In this document: piece by piece, positions 8,839 through 17,826 of the stretch | Position numbering within the stretch: position 1 is the first letter of the stretch | How the letters are laid out: every line of letters starts with the position of its first letter | Origin: Solirubrobacteraceae bacterium | GTDB lineage: Bacteria; Actinomycetota; Thermoleophilia; Solirubrobacterales; Solirubrobacteraceae | DNA length: 64,000 nucleotides | Direction of reading: 5' to 3' | NCBI GenBank assembly: GCA_036272475.1 | Contig: DATAYP010000064.1 | Span: forward strand, 4,443 to 68,442 | Program-made: the position numbers and the translations under genes | Notes under the pieces: generated by a model | The model's input: only the letters and a program-made list of their open reading frames with translations | What the model was told of the DNA's origin: nothing | Database searches by the model: none

Positions 8839-10068
8839 ATGTCGGCCACCGAAGTCCCCTCGAACACAGCCGGCGCGCGGAACTCGATCCGGCCGTACCA
8901 GGTCGAGTTCCCCGAGGCGCAGCTCACGGACCTGAAACGGCGGCTCGCCGCGACGCGATGGCCCGAGCGCGAGACGGTCGCCGACGACTCGCAGGGCGTG
9001 CCGCTGGACCTCATCCAAGACCTTGCGCGTGACTGGGAGGAAAGCTACGACTGGCGCGGGTGCGAAGCACGGCTGAACGCTCTGCCGAACTTCATCAGCG
9101 AGATCGACGGCCTGGATATCCACTTCATCCACGTCCGGTCGCGCCACGAGGACGCGCTGCCGCTGATCGTCACGCACGGCTGGCCCGGCTCGATCATCGA
9201 ACAGCTCAAGATCATCGAGCCGTTGAGCGATCCGACGGCGCACGGCGGGAGCGCGTCCGACGCGTTCCACCTCGTGATCCCGTCGCTGCCCGGCCACGGC
9301 TTCTCAGCCAAGCCGACCGCGACCGGCTGGGGCCCCCCGCGGATCGCGCGGGCCTGGACCAAGCTGATGGAGCTGCTCGGCTACGAGCGCTACGTCGCTC
9401 AGGGCGGCGACTGGGGCGCCGCGGTCACGCAGACGATGGCCGAGGAGGCACCCCCGGGCCTGCTCGGGGTCCACTCGAACATGGCCGCCACGGTGCCGGC
9501 CGCCGTCGCCGGGGAGCTCGCCGTGGCGGCTCCCCCACCTGCGGGCCTCTCCGAGGAAGAGCGGGCCGCCTACGAACAGCTCGCGGACTTCAACGCCAAG
9601 CACGTCTACTACGCGCTGTTCATGGCGACGCGGCCACAGACGCTGTACGGCCTCGCGGACTCGCCGGTCGACCTCGCGGCCTTCATGCTCGACCACGGCG
9701 ACGGCACGGGCCAGCCGGGGAATGTGGAAAGGGTTCTGCGCGGCGAGGCCCCCGACAGCGAACTCACGCGCGAGGACATCCTCGACAATGTCACGCTCTA
9801 CTGGCTGACCAACACCGGCGTCTCGGCTGCGCGGCTGTATTGGGAGAACAAGGCGCCGTTCTTCGACGCCCGAGACATCACGATCCCGATCGCGATCAGC
9901 GTGTTCCCGGACGAGCTCTACCAGGCGCCGCGCAGCTGGGCCGAGCAGGCGTACCCGGACAACCTCATCCATTACAACCAGCTCGATCGCGGCGGGCACT
10001 TCGCCGCCTGGGAACAGCCGCAGCTGTTCTCGCAGGAGATGCGCGACGCCTTCAGGTCGCTCCGCTAG
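8839..10068 (+). CDS. epoxide hydrolase, paralogue 2
   Basis: AAGGAG lies 6 nt before the ATG at 8839. Motifs: RWPERETVADDSQGV, YDWRGCEARLNALPNFISEIDGLDIHFIHVRS, THGWPGS, GGDWG, GGHFAAWEQPQLF. Confidence 0.9.
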   Translation: MSATEVPSNTAGARNSIRPYQVEFPEAQLTDLKRRLAATRWPERETVADDSQGVPLDLIQDLARDWEESYDWRGCEARLNALPNFISEIDGLDIHFIHVRSRHEDALPLIVTHGWPGSIIEQLKIIEPLSDPTAHGGSASDAFHLVIPSLPGHGFSAKPTATGWGPPRIARAWTKLMELLGYERYVAQGGDWGAAVTQTMAEEAPPGLLGVHSNMAATVPAAVAGELAVAAPPPAGLSEEERAAYEQLADFNAKHVYYALFMATRPQTLYGLADSPVDLAAFMLDHGDGTGQPGNVERVLRGEAPDSELTREDILDNVTLYWLTNTGVSAARLYWENKAPFFDARDITIPIAISVFPDELYQAPRSWAEQAYPDNLIHYNQLDRGGHFAAWEQPQLFSQEMRDAFRSLR

Positions 10069-10129
10069 GGACCGCTACCCGGACGTGAAGAAGGTCGCTC
10101 CGCCAGGGACCGCTACCCGAACGTGAAGA
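10054..10129. repeat. tandem direct duplication of a 38-bp unit (2 copies, 2 mismatches)
   Basis: Copy 1: aggtcgctccgctagggaccgctacccggacgtgaaga. Copy 2: aggtcgctccgccagggaccgctacccgaacgtgaaga. Copy 1 carries the TAG of the plus-strand gene and copy 2 carries the stop of the minus-strand gene. Confidence 0.9.
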
Positions 10130-11066
10130 CGTACGCCTCGGCGCCGGGCTCGAGGAAGGCGACCTCGAGAATCCGCTCGCGGACCGCGTCGTGCGCGCGC
10201 ACGAGCTGGTAGAGGCGACCCTCTTCGAGCATGCCGTTCCCGTGCTCGTCGACATCCACGCCGCGCGACGCGCCGGGAGGCTCGCCGTCGAGGAGTACGC
10301 GGAAGGGAATCCCCTCTCGCGGCCCGGCCGACAGCACGAGATGGGCGTCTCGCGCGGAGAATCGGTAGGCGATGCTGCCGCCGGCCTCCTCGAGCACGAC
10401 GTTCTCACGCCGGACGCTCCACTCGCCTGCAAGGGCCCAGTCGTTGACGCGCAGGCGCTCGGGGAGCGCGTAGGCGCGCGCGTCGTTCAACGCTAGGCCG
10501 CCCGGTGAGGCGAAGCGCTCTGCGCGGTCGTAGCCGAGATAGGTCTCGGGCGAGGCGAGCTGGTCCCAGTCGGCCTCTGCCTCGACACCCACGCCTTCGA
10601 CGGAGGTCAGCTCGCGCTCGACGCCGAGCAGACGCTGGATCACGCGCTCCGATTGCTCGTAGCGGCCCTCGCCGAAATGATGGTCGCGGATGATGCCCTC
10701 CGCGTCGACGAAGTACAGCGCTGGCCAGTAGTGGTTGTCGAAGGCGCGCCAGATCGCGTAGTCGTTGTCAACCGCGACCGGGTGACCGATCGCTCGCTCC
10801 TGCGTCGCCAGCCGCACGCGGTCGATCTCGTGCTCGAAGGAGAACTCCGGCGTGTGCACTCCGATCACAACCAGGCCGTCATCCCGGTAGGCCTGCGACC
10901 ACGCGCGGACATAGGGCTCCGTGCGCAGCCAGTTGATGCACGTCAGCGTCCAGAAGTCCACGAGCACGACGTGGCCGCGCAGGTCGGCGGGTTCGAGCGG
11001 CTCGGAGTTGAGCCACCCCGTCGCCCCGTCGAGCGGGGGAATGCGAACGCGCTCGAACACGGTCAT
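10113..11066 (-). CDS. thioredoxin-like (redoxin/DipZ C-terminal type) protein
   Basis: Motifs: GHVVLVDFWTLTCINWLRTEPYV, VIGVHTPEFSFE, YWPALYFVDAEG. Confidence 0.85.
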   Translation of the reverse strand: MTVFERVRIPPLDGATGWLNSEPLEPADLRGHVVLVDFWTLTCINWLRTEPYVRAWSQAYRDDGLVVIGVHTPEFSFEHEIDRVRLATQERAIGHPVAVDNDYAIWRAFDNHYWPALYFVDAEGIIRDHHFGEGRYEQSERVIQRLLGVERELTSVEGVGVEAEADWDQLASPETYLGYDRAERFASPGGLALNDARAYALPERLRVNDWALAGEWSVRRENVVLEEAGGSIAYRFSARDAHLVLSAGPREGIPFRVLLDGEPPGASRGVDVDEHGNGMLEEGRLYQLVRAHDAVRERILEVAFLEPGAEAYVFTFG

Positions 11067-11240
11067 CTAACGGACCGCGGCCGCGTGCCGCGTGGAGTCG
11101 CGCCGTGCGCCGGCAGCACCGCGGTACGGGGCGAGGAAGGCGCTCAGCGCCCCGAGCAGCTCCTCGGGAGCCTGTTCTGCGAGCCAGTGACCGCAGTCGG
11201 TAATCACGACGCTGTGCACGTCGTCCGCGACGAGCTTCAT
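11067..11240 (-). pseudogene. C-terminal tail of an alpha/beta hydrolase
   Basis: The tail reads MKLVADDVHSVVITDCGHWLAEQAPEELLGALSAFLAP. Its TAG directly abuts the redoxin ATG. A full-length gene would overlap the 11422-11886 ORF. Confidence 0.5.
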
Positions 11241-11421
11241 CGTGGTGAAGCCTGATCGCCTCGCTGCAAGCTCGCGCCCGTGAAGACCCTGGCGCGCCCC
11301 CCTGGCGTCGCGCGTGGAGGGGCTCCGCCGGCGAGCGTCCTCCTTCCCGCAGAAGGCCGGCCACGCGCGCGCCGGGGTCGGTGGGTCGCGCCACGGGGGT
11401 GGACGCGACGGTTGCGCTCGG

Positions 11422-11886
11422 TCAGTGATCGTTCTTGAGGGTGAAGTACGAACCGCGGATGGTTCCCGCCAGCTTCGACTTCTGCCTCGCGAACTTGAAC
11501 CGCGAGGCGAGCTCGGCCGGGACCTCCATGCCCTCGGAGAGCTTGAACCCGACCGCCCGCTTCTTGGGGTCGTCGATCGTGTACATCACGTTGATCGAGA
11601 GGCCGCTCTCGTAGAAGACGTACGCCATCCGGATGTTCTCGACCTGGAAGGCAGTGGCCTCGAGCGGCCGCGAGGATATGACGATCTCGCGCTCTTCCTC
11701 GAGGATTCCGTTCACCCAGTCGATTGCCGCACGGGCGTCGCTCGCAGGCTCCACCGTGAAGTCGTGGTCGTACTTGTTCTTGAAGTAGCGCGCCTCGTTC
11801 GCCCGCAGACCAGCGAGCGCGGCCGCTACCGGCGAGGACTCCAGGCCGACTGTCGAGACATCCTTGAAATCCACGACGTAGGGCAT
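11422..11886 (-). CDS. hypothetical protein, 154 aa, rich in K/F/Y/N/I, no family recognised
   Basis: AGGAGAG lies 6 nt before the ATG. It is a clean ORF with G/C-ending codons (GAG, AAG, TTC, TAC), even though overall GC is about 62% by my hand count. Confidence 0.7.
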   Translation of the reverse strand: MPYVVDFKDVSTVGLESSPVAAALAGLRANEARYFKNKYDHDFTVEPASDARAAIDWVNGILEEEREIVISSRPLEATAFQVENIRMAYVFYESGLSINVMYTIDDPKKRAVGFKLSEGMEVPAELASRFKFARQKSKLAGTIRGSYFTLKNDH

Positions 11887-12149
11887 CACGCACTCTCCTG
11901 TCTTCTTGCTTGGATACTGCTTTGTCGAGCGAGACCCACCAAGCGGAGCTCCGTCGGCCCGCGCCCGCATCCAAGCAGGTCTTCCTTGCGTCGTGCCGCG
12001 GCCAGGGACCAGACCCGGGGAGTCCCGGGCGCGATGCGCCCGCAGGCGGGGCAAGCTCGGCTGACGCACCCACCGAAGGCGATCAAGGGAGCAGCTTTGT
12101 CCACCGAGGACTCTCCGACGGTCGTGCCGAGCGACGGCGGGAGGAGCAG

Positions 12150-13079
12150 ATGGCAGAGGCCGCGACCGACCCGGCGACCACCTCGTTCGGCCCGATCCGG
12201 CAGATCGACGCCGGAGCGCTGAACGTCGGCTACGTCGAAGCCGGTCCGGATGACGGACCCGCCGTGATCCTCCTTCACGGGTGGCCATACGACATCCACA
12301 GCTACGAGCAGGTGACGCCGCTGCTCGCCGCCTCCGGCCACCGTGTGATCGTTCCGTACCTGCGGGGCTACGGCACGACGCGTTTCCTCTCTCGGGAGAC
12401 GACCCGCAACGGTGAGCAGGCAGCGCTCGCGGTCGACGCCCTCGCGTTGATGGACGCCCTCCAGATCGAGGCGGCGATCGTCAGCGGGTTCGACTGGGGG
12501 GCCCGGAGCGCCGACATCCTCGCCGCACTGTGGCCCCGACGCATCAAGGGCCTGGTGTCGGTGAGCGGCTACCTGATCGGAAGCCGGCAGGCCGGCGAGC
12601 TCCCGCTGCCGCCGGAGGCGGAGCTTCAGTGGTGGTACCAGTACTACTTCGCCACCGAGCGGGGCCGCGCCGGGTATGACCGGTACCGCCGCGAGTTCGC
12701 AAGGCTCATCTGGCGGAGCGCGTCGCCGAGGTGGAAGTTCGACGAGCAGACGTTCACCCGCAGCGCGAGCGCCCTCGAGAATCCCGACCACGTAGCGGTC
12801 GTGATCCACAACTACCGCTGGCGACTGGCCCTCGCCGACGGTGAGCCACAGTACGCCGAACTCGAGGACCGGCTCGCCGAGGCGCCCGTCATCACCGTGC
12901 CGACGATCACCCTCGAGGGCGACGCCAACGGCGCGCCACACCCGGAGCCGAGCGCGTACGCGACGAAGTTCGCGGGAAAGCACCTGCACCGGACAGTCGA
13001 GGGCGGCATCGGACACAATCTCCCCCAGGAGGCGCCGGCCGAGTTCGCGCAGGCTGTCGGCGACGTGTCGCGCCTCTGA
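12150..13079 (+). CDS. alpha/beta hydrolase (epoxide hydrolase/haloalkane dehalogenase-like)
   Basis: GGGAGGAG precedes the ATG at 12150. Motifs: VILLHGWPYDIHSY, SGFDWGARSA, GGIGHNLPQEAP. Confidence 0.85.
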   Translation: MAEAATDPATTSFGPIRQIDAGALNVGYVEAGPDDGPAVILLHGWPYDIHSYEQVTPLLAASGHRVIVPYLRGYGTTRFLSRETTRNGEQAALAVDALALMDALQIEAAIVSGFDWGARSADILAALWPRRIKGLVSVSGYLIGSRQAGELPLPPEAELQWWYQYYFATERGRAGYDRYRREFARLIWRSASPRWKFDEQTFTRSASALENPDHVAVVIHNYRWRLALADGEPQYAELEDRLAEAPVITVPTITLEGDANGAPHPEPSAYATKFAGKHLHRTVEGGIGHNLPQEAPAEFAQAVGDVSRL

Positions 13080-13099
13080 GGTGGGCAACGGCCAGTGCC

Positions 13100-13124
13100 G
13101 CGATCCGCCGCTGCTGCGGATCGC
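13100..13124. terminator. GC-rich hairpin GCGATCCGC-N7-GCGGATCGC between convergent genes
   Basis: 9-bp perfect stem starting 20 nt after the stop at 13079. There is no U tract. Confidence 0.4.
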
Positions 13125-13176
13125 GCTCGGCGCCGCAGCGCGTATCTGCGCCTGCAGGCCGGCCGCTGCGGCGACG

Positions 13177-13470
13177 TCAATGCGCCTGCGTGGGAGCTGA
13201 CCTTCCGTTGCGTTCGCGGTGCTTGCACCCAGGCCAACAGCAGGGCCGGCGCTGACCTTCCTCGAGCTCTTCTCGGGTCCGCCGAACGCGGCGGTCGCGT
13301 GTGGTCTGCTGCTTGGCATCCTCGACCCAGCAGATGAACTCGTTGCGAGCGAGCGGCGTGATGTCCTTCCAGGCCTCGAGCGCCGAGTCGTTCGCTAGTA
13401 GCGCCCTGCGCAGGTCTGCGGGCAGCTCGTGTACCACGCCACCGGGCAGCGTCTCGCCGGACACAGGCAC
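13177..13470 (-). CDS. YdeI/OmpD-associated family protein (short form); the GTG start is tentative
   Basis: Motifs: LPADLRRALLANDSALEAWKDITPLARNEFICWVEDAKQQTTRDRRV and CCWPGCKHR. Confidence 0.6.
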   Translation of the reverse strand: MPVSGETLPGGVVHELPADLRRALLANDSALEAWKDITPLARNEFICWVEDAKQQTTRDRRVRRTREELEEGQRRPCCWPGCKHRERNGRSAPTQAH

Positions 13471-13526
13471 ATCGTAGTGAGCCGGGCGAAAGCGACGGCG
13501 CTCCTCGGCCCGACCTCGCGGGCGCG

Positions 13527-13973
13527 CTAAGCGTCTGTCCCCTGCTCGTCGGCCGCCGCGGAGAGGTGGGTGGCGGCGGTCACGCGCTCGATGCCGATGG
13601 CGAGGATGACCCTCCCCGCTTCGGCCAGCGTCTCGTCGCTCATCGGCTCGGGCGGCTCCTCGGAGGCGGTGATGCGCTGTGCGATGCTCGCCGTGGGAGC
13701 TCCGATGTCCTCGGTGAGGATCTCGGCGGGCCCGGAGAACGTGGCGGAGGGGAACGGCGGCTCGTGGCCCATCACGCACAGGGACGCCCAACCGGTGCGC
13801 CTGGCGTCGAGCGCCTTGAGCCTGTCGGTGAGCGTCGAGATCAGCAGCCGCTCGTCGTCGCGGGCGAAGTAGACAAGCGATTGACGTGGCTTCCCGTCGG
13901 GCGCGACCGTCGCCAGCACCCCCACCGTGTTGGCGTCGAGCAGCGCGCGAAGCTGGTCGCTCAGCTCACCCAT
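13527..13973 (-). CDS. pyridoxamine 5'-phosphate oxidase family (possibly F420-dependent) protein
   Basis: The sequence LLDANTVGVLATVAPDGKPRQSLVYFARDDERLLIST is the split-barrel PPOX signature. Confidence 0.8.
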   Translation of the reverse strand: MGELSDQLRALLDANTVGVLATVAPDGKPRQSLVYFARDDERLLISTLTDRLKALDARRTGWASLCVMGHEPPFPSATFSGPAEILTEDIGAPTASIAQRITASEEPPEPMSDETLAEAGRVILAIGIERVTAATHLSAAADEQGTDA

Positions 13974-14782
13974 GCCACTTGCGCGTCAGGCTCGGGCGCG
14001 ACGTAGCCGTCGGGCTCCTCGACGACCGTGTTGCGCAGCTCGCCGATGCCCTCGATCTCGATGCGCACCACGTCGCCGACCTTGAGCAGCCCCTCGGGGA
14101 AGGGCTGGCGAACTGCGCCGATCCCCGCCGGTGTGCCCGTTGCGACCACGTCGCCCGGCTCGAGCGTGAAGGCTTCGGAGAGGTGCGAGACCTGGTGGTA
14201 GCAGTCGTAGATCATCTCGCGCGTGCTCCCGTCCTGACGCAGCTCGTCGTTGACGTAGGTCTTGATCGACAGGTCGTGCGGATCGCCGAGCTCGTCGGGC
14301 GTGACCAGCCACGGGCCGAGCGGCCCGTGCGTGTCGAAGGACTTGCCGATCGTCATCGTCGGCGTGCGCAGCTGCCAGTCGCGCACCGTGACGTCGTTGG
14401 CGATCGTGTAACCGGCGATGACCTCGTGCGCCGACTCGACCGGCACGTGCCGGCAGCGGGTACCGATCACGAGCGCCAGCTCGCCCTCGTAGTCGAGCAG
14501 CGTGGACACGCGGGGCATGTGCACGTCCTCGCCCGGCCCGACCACGCAGGTGGCCTGCTTGTTGAAGAACACCGGGAACTCGGGTGCCTGCATCCCCGAC
14601 TCGGCGATGTGGTCGGCGTAGTTGAGTCCGATCGCCAGGTATTTGCGCGGGACGACGGGAGCGAGCAGCCGGATCTCCTCCAAGGGATGGCGTAGCGACG
14701 CATCGCCGCGGTCGCTCACGAAGCCGTCCTCCACGATGCCGTGGCGCGGACCCTCGCCCGCGTCGTAGCGGCACAGCCGCAT
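13961..14782 (-). CDS. fumarylacetoacetate hydrolase (FAH) family protein
   Basis: Motifs: IGLNYADH, LDYEGELALVIG, GKSFDTHGPLGPWLVT, LEPGDVVATGTPAGIG. The start overlaps the upstream stop as TGATG. Confidence 0.9.
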   Translation of the reverse strand: MRLCRYDAGEGPRHGIVEDGFVSDRGDASLRHPLEEIRLLAPVVPRKYLAIGLNYADHIAESGMQAPEFPVFFNKQATCVVGPGEDVHMPRVSTLLDYEGELALVIGTRCRHVPVESAHEVIAGYTIANDVTVRDWQLRTPTMTIGKSFDTHGPLGPWLVTPDELGDPHDLSIKTYVNDELRQDGSTREMIYDCYHQVSHLSEAFTLEPGDVVATGTPAGIGAVRQPFPEGLLKVGDVVRIEIEGIGELRNTVVEEPDGYVAPEPDAQVAWVS

Positions 14783-15375
14783 CACGACACCTCCGGGATC
14801 TCGACAGGGATCTGCTCGGGTGCGTAGCCGCCGGCCATAGCCTTGGCGTGGATCTCATCGAAGCTCAGCCCGGCGGTGCGGTCGGCGGCGATCTGCTCAG
14901 GGTCGACGAACTGGCCGATCGGGTTGGCCTTGAACTCCTCGGAGCTGTGCATCCACTCCCTCGAGCCCTGCCAGTCGCCGAAGCAGTCGACCTGCAGCTC
15001 GACGTTGTTGCCGTCGGGGTCGGCGTAGTAGTAGGAGAGGGTCATCCCGTGATCGAGGCACAGGGCCGGCGTGATGCCCTGATCCTTCAGGCGCAGGTAG
15101 TTGGCGTTCAGCTCCTCGAAGCTCCCATACTCGAACGCCGAGTGGTGCATCCCCGTGCGGGTTTCCTTCTCGGGGTCATCGACGAAGTTGGGGAACGCAA
15201 GCAACGCGATGCGGTGGTTGGCTTCGTCGTTCGACAGCCAGGCGCCGATCTGGTCCTGGAAGATGACCTCGGCGCCGACCAGTGTGCGGTAGAAGTCGAT
15301 CATCTCCTGCAGGCGCGTGGTCTTGAGGTTGAAGTGGTGGAACTTCGGGTTGGTGGCCGATGTGGCGTCGGTCAT
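14782..15375 (-). CDS. VOC family protein, single-domain extradiol dioxygenase-like
   Basis: Motifs: FHHFNLKTTRLQEMIDFYRTLVGAEV, GMHHSAFEY, YYYADPDGNNVELQVD. ATGA overlap with the upstream gene. Confidence 0.8.
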   Translation of the reverse strand: MTDATSATNPKFHHFNLKTTRLQEMIDFYRTLVGAEVIFQDQIGAWLSNDEANHRIALLAFPNFVDDPEKETRTGMHHSAFEYGSFEELNANYLRLKDQGITPALCLDHGMTLSYYYADPDGNNVELQVDCFGDWQGSREWMHSSEEFKANPIGQFVDPEQIAADRTAGLSFDEIHAKAMAGGYAPEQIPVEIPEVS

Positions 15376-16991
15376 GCAAGCGCTCCTGAGCCGGTAGGGG
15401 TCGAGGTTAGGTGAAGCTGCGAAGTGAGGTCATCGAGCAGTCCCGGCAGCTCCTCAGCCGCCGCTGCACTGCCGAACACGTAGAAGTCGGGCCGCACGAT
15501 CACCGCGTGTGCCTGGTGCGCCGACAGCCATCCCGTCAGCCGCCCGTCCAGGTCGCGCACCCCCTGGGGCGCGTCCGCGTCGAGCGTCGCGACGCGCACG
15601 TCCAACAGCTCGACGAGCCTGCGCCGCTCGGCGTCGAGCGCCGCAAGCGGGTCACCGCCGGCGACGATCAGCTGAAAGCCTCGGCCGACGACATCGTCGA
15701 AGCGCCCCTCGTGCCCGGCACGCGCGACGAGCCCCTGCACGCTGAGCCTGCCGGCGAGCGGATCGGCCTCGCCCGCGCCGTGAAGCGCGCCGCCGCCGAG
15801 CGGCGGAAGCGCGGGCGCTGGCGGCGGGTCGGCCTGGCGCAGCATCTCGTCGCGCTCGGCCGCGAGCTGCGGGTCGAGCTGGCACAGCACCCTCCCGAGC
15901 TCGATGGCGAGGCGGATGATCGCCTCGTTCTGCGGCTGGCGCTCGGGATCGACCGTGTCGAGCAGCTCCTCGGAGGCGATGCCGCGCAGCACCAAGTCGA
16001 GCTTCCAGGCGACGTTGGCGGCATCGCGAAGGCCAGAGCACAGCCCCTGCCCAAGGAAGGGAGGGGTCAGGTGGGCGGCGTCGCCGACGAGCAGAACGCG
16101 GCCCGTTCGCATCTGATCGGCGAGCATCGAGCGAAACTCGTACACCGCGCTTCGGGTCAGCGCCCCGTCCTCGGGCCGGTACCACGGCTCGAGCAGCGCC
16201 CATACGCGGTCTGGATCCTCGAAGTCGGACGGCTGCTCGCCGGGCAGCAGCATGAACTCCCAGCGCCGATGACTGGGGCCGCTCTGCACGATCGTCGTCG
16301 GGCGCGAGGGGTCACACCGCTGGCTTGCGATCGGCAGATTCGCCAGCGCCTCCATGTCGTTCGGCTCCGTGTCGACCACCAGCCAGCGCTCCTGGAAGCC
16401 GAGGTCGCGGCGACCGATCCCGGCGGCTTCGCGTACGAGCGAGTTGGCACCGTCCGCACCGATGAGCCAGCGAGCGCTGACGCTGCGCGCTTCGCCCGTC
16501 AAGGCGAGCCTTCCTGCCTCCTCCTCGACGCAGCGCCGCAGCAGGAGCCGGGCGCCACTGTCTGTCTGCGTGAGACCCTCTGCCACCCATCCCCGCTCGA
16601 TGCTCACGCCGCGCTCGGCGCACGCATGCCGGTCGACCGCCCGCTCGAGCTCGGGCTGGAAGAACATGTAGTCCGTCTCCCAACCCGATGGCGCCAGACC
16701 CCCGACGTCGAAGCGCAGCAGCGGCTCGCCGTCGGCGCCGAACCACTGGTAGTCGTGCACGGGGATCATCTCGGCCGCGAGCGGCTCGGCCAGGTCGAGC
16801 TCTTGGAGCAGCCGCATGATCTCGTGATCGAGATGCACCGCCCGTGGCAGGCGGTAGATCTCGCGATAGCGCTCGAACACTCCCACGCGATGACCGGCGC
16901 GCCCCAGCAACGCTGCGAGCGCCTGCCCGACCGGGCCGTACCCGACGATCGCAACGTCGAACTCGGGACTCCGGGTTCCTCCACCCTGCAT
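15372..16991 (-). CDS. FAD-dependent aromatic-ring monooxygenase (3-(3-hydroxyphenyl)propionate hydroxylase-like)
   Basis: Motifs: FDVAIVGYGPVGQALAALLGRAGHRVGVFER, LIGADGANSLVR, LVGDAAHLTPPFLGQGLCSGLRDAANVAWKL. Confidence 0.85.
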   Translation of the reverse strand: MQGGGTRSPEFDVAIVGYGPVGQALAALLGRAGHRVGVFERYREIYRLPRAVHLDHEIMRLLQELDLAEPLAAEMIPVHDYQWFGADGEPLLRFDVGGLAPSGWETDYMFFQPELERAVDRHACAERGVSIERGWVAEGLTQTDSGARLLLRRCVEEEAGRLALTGEARSVSARWLIGADGANSLVREAAGIGRRDLGFQERWLVVDTEPNDMEALANLPIASQRCDPSRPTTIVQSGPSHRRWEFMLLPGEQPSDFEDPDRVWALLEPWYRPEDGALTRSAVYEFRSMLADQMRTGRVLLVGDAAHLTPPFLGQGLCSGLRDAANVAWKLDLVLRGIASEELLDTVDPERQPQNEAIIRLAIELGRVLCQLDPQLAAERDEMLRQADPPPAPALPPLGGGALHGAGEADPLAGRLSVQGLVARAGHEGRFDDVVGRGFQLIVAGGDPLAALDAERRRLVELLDVRVATLDADAPQGVRDLDGRLTGWLSAHQAHAVIVRPDFYVFGSAAAAEELPGLLDDLTSQLHLTSTPTGSGALA

Positions 16992-17079
16992 GAGCAGCAG
17001 CGTACTCTGTGCTGATAGATTCGTCAAGTATGAGGATTCTCTCCATGTGTCGGCCGAGACCGACTCCGGACCGACTCGC

Positions 17080-17757
17080 TCAGAAGGAGGGGCTGGGTAC
17101 TCTGGGCATCGGACGGCGTGCAACCTCGGCCGCATCCTTGGCCGAGAGCCCGAGCATCCGCAACACGCCCTCGGCGTGGAAGCGGTCGGCCTGCTTCGGC
17201 GCGTGGCCGTCGAGCACGTCGCGCATGGTCATCAGCAGCGCGCCGCCGGTGCCGTAAAGCGCGACGCGGACGTTCGGGACCTGGAAGCGCCCAGCGCTGA
17301 CGCCGCGCTCGAGATCGCGCTGGGCGAACGGCGCGAGCGCCTCGAGGACGGTCTTCTGCGAGGTGTCAAGGCGGATCAGCAGCCATCCCCACTCCGGATC
17401 GCTGCGGGCGAGGTTGACGAAGTAGCGGTGCGCCGCCGCGACCACCTCGGCGGGATCCTCGATGTCCGCGGTCACCGACGCCAGCGCGGCTCCCTGCGCG
17501 GCGAGCGTCTCGCTGAGGACGGCCTCGACGATCGCCTCCTTGGAGTCGAAGTGGTTGTAGAAGGAGCCGAAGCCGACGTCCGCCTCTTCGGTGATCTCGT
17601 TGATGCGCGTCTCCTCGACGCCCTGCCTGGCGAACAACGCGCGCGCGGCGGCCAGCAGCTTGCGCCGCGTCTGCTCACGACGGCGCGCGTGGCGGTCCGG
17701 CGGCGCTGCGTCGCTCGGCGGCACCGCCGAGAGTGCGTCCCGGCTCATATCTGACAA
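17080..17757 (-). CDS. TetR family transcriptional regulator
   Basis: HTH: RRKLLAAARALFARQGVEETRINEITEEADVGFGSFYNHF. It heads the catabolic operon. Confidence 0.9.
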   Translation of the reverse strand: MSDMSRDALSAVPPSDAAPPDRHARRREQTRRKLLAAARALFARQGVEETRINEITEEADVGFGSFYNHFDSKEAIVEAVLSETLAAQGAALASVTADIEDPAEVVAAAHRYFVNLARSDPEWGWLLIRLDTSQKTVLEALAPFAQRDLERGVSAGRFQVPNVRVALYGTGGALLMTMRDVLDGHAPKQADRFHAEGVLRMLGLSAKDAAEVARRPMPRVPSPSF

Positions 17758-17826
17758 CTCTATCAGCCTTGAGGGAGCGTCGAGACAGCTCGAGCAGGCG
17801 ATTCACGGTCATCGCGCCCAAACGGA

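Noticed and set aside
11422-11886. Horizontal acquisition of the 154-aa ORF, inferred from its lower GC.
   Set aside because: Third codon positions remain G/C-rich and the synonymous choices (GAG, AAG, TTC, TAC) are native-like. The low GC is explained by the K/F/Y/N/I-rich protein composition.
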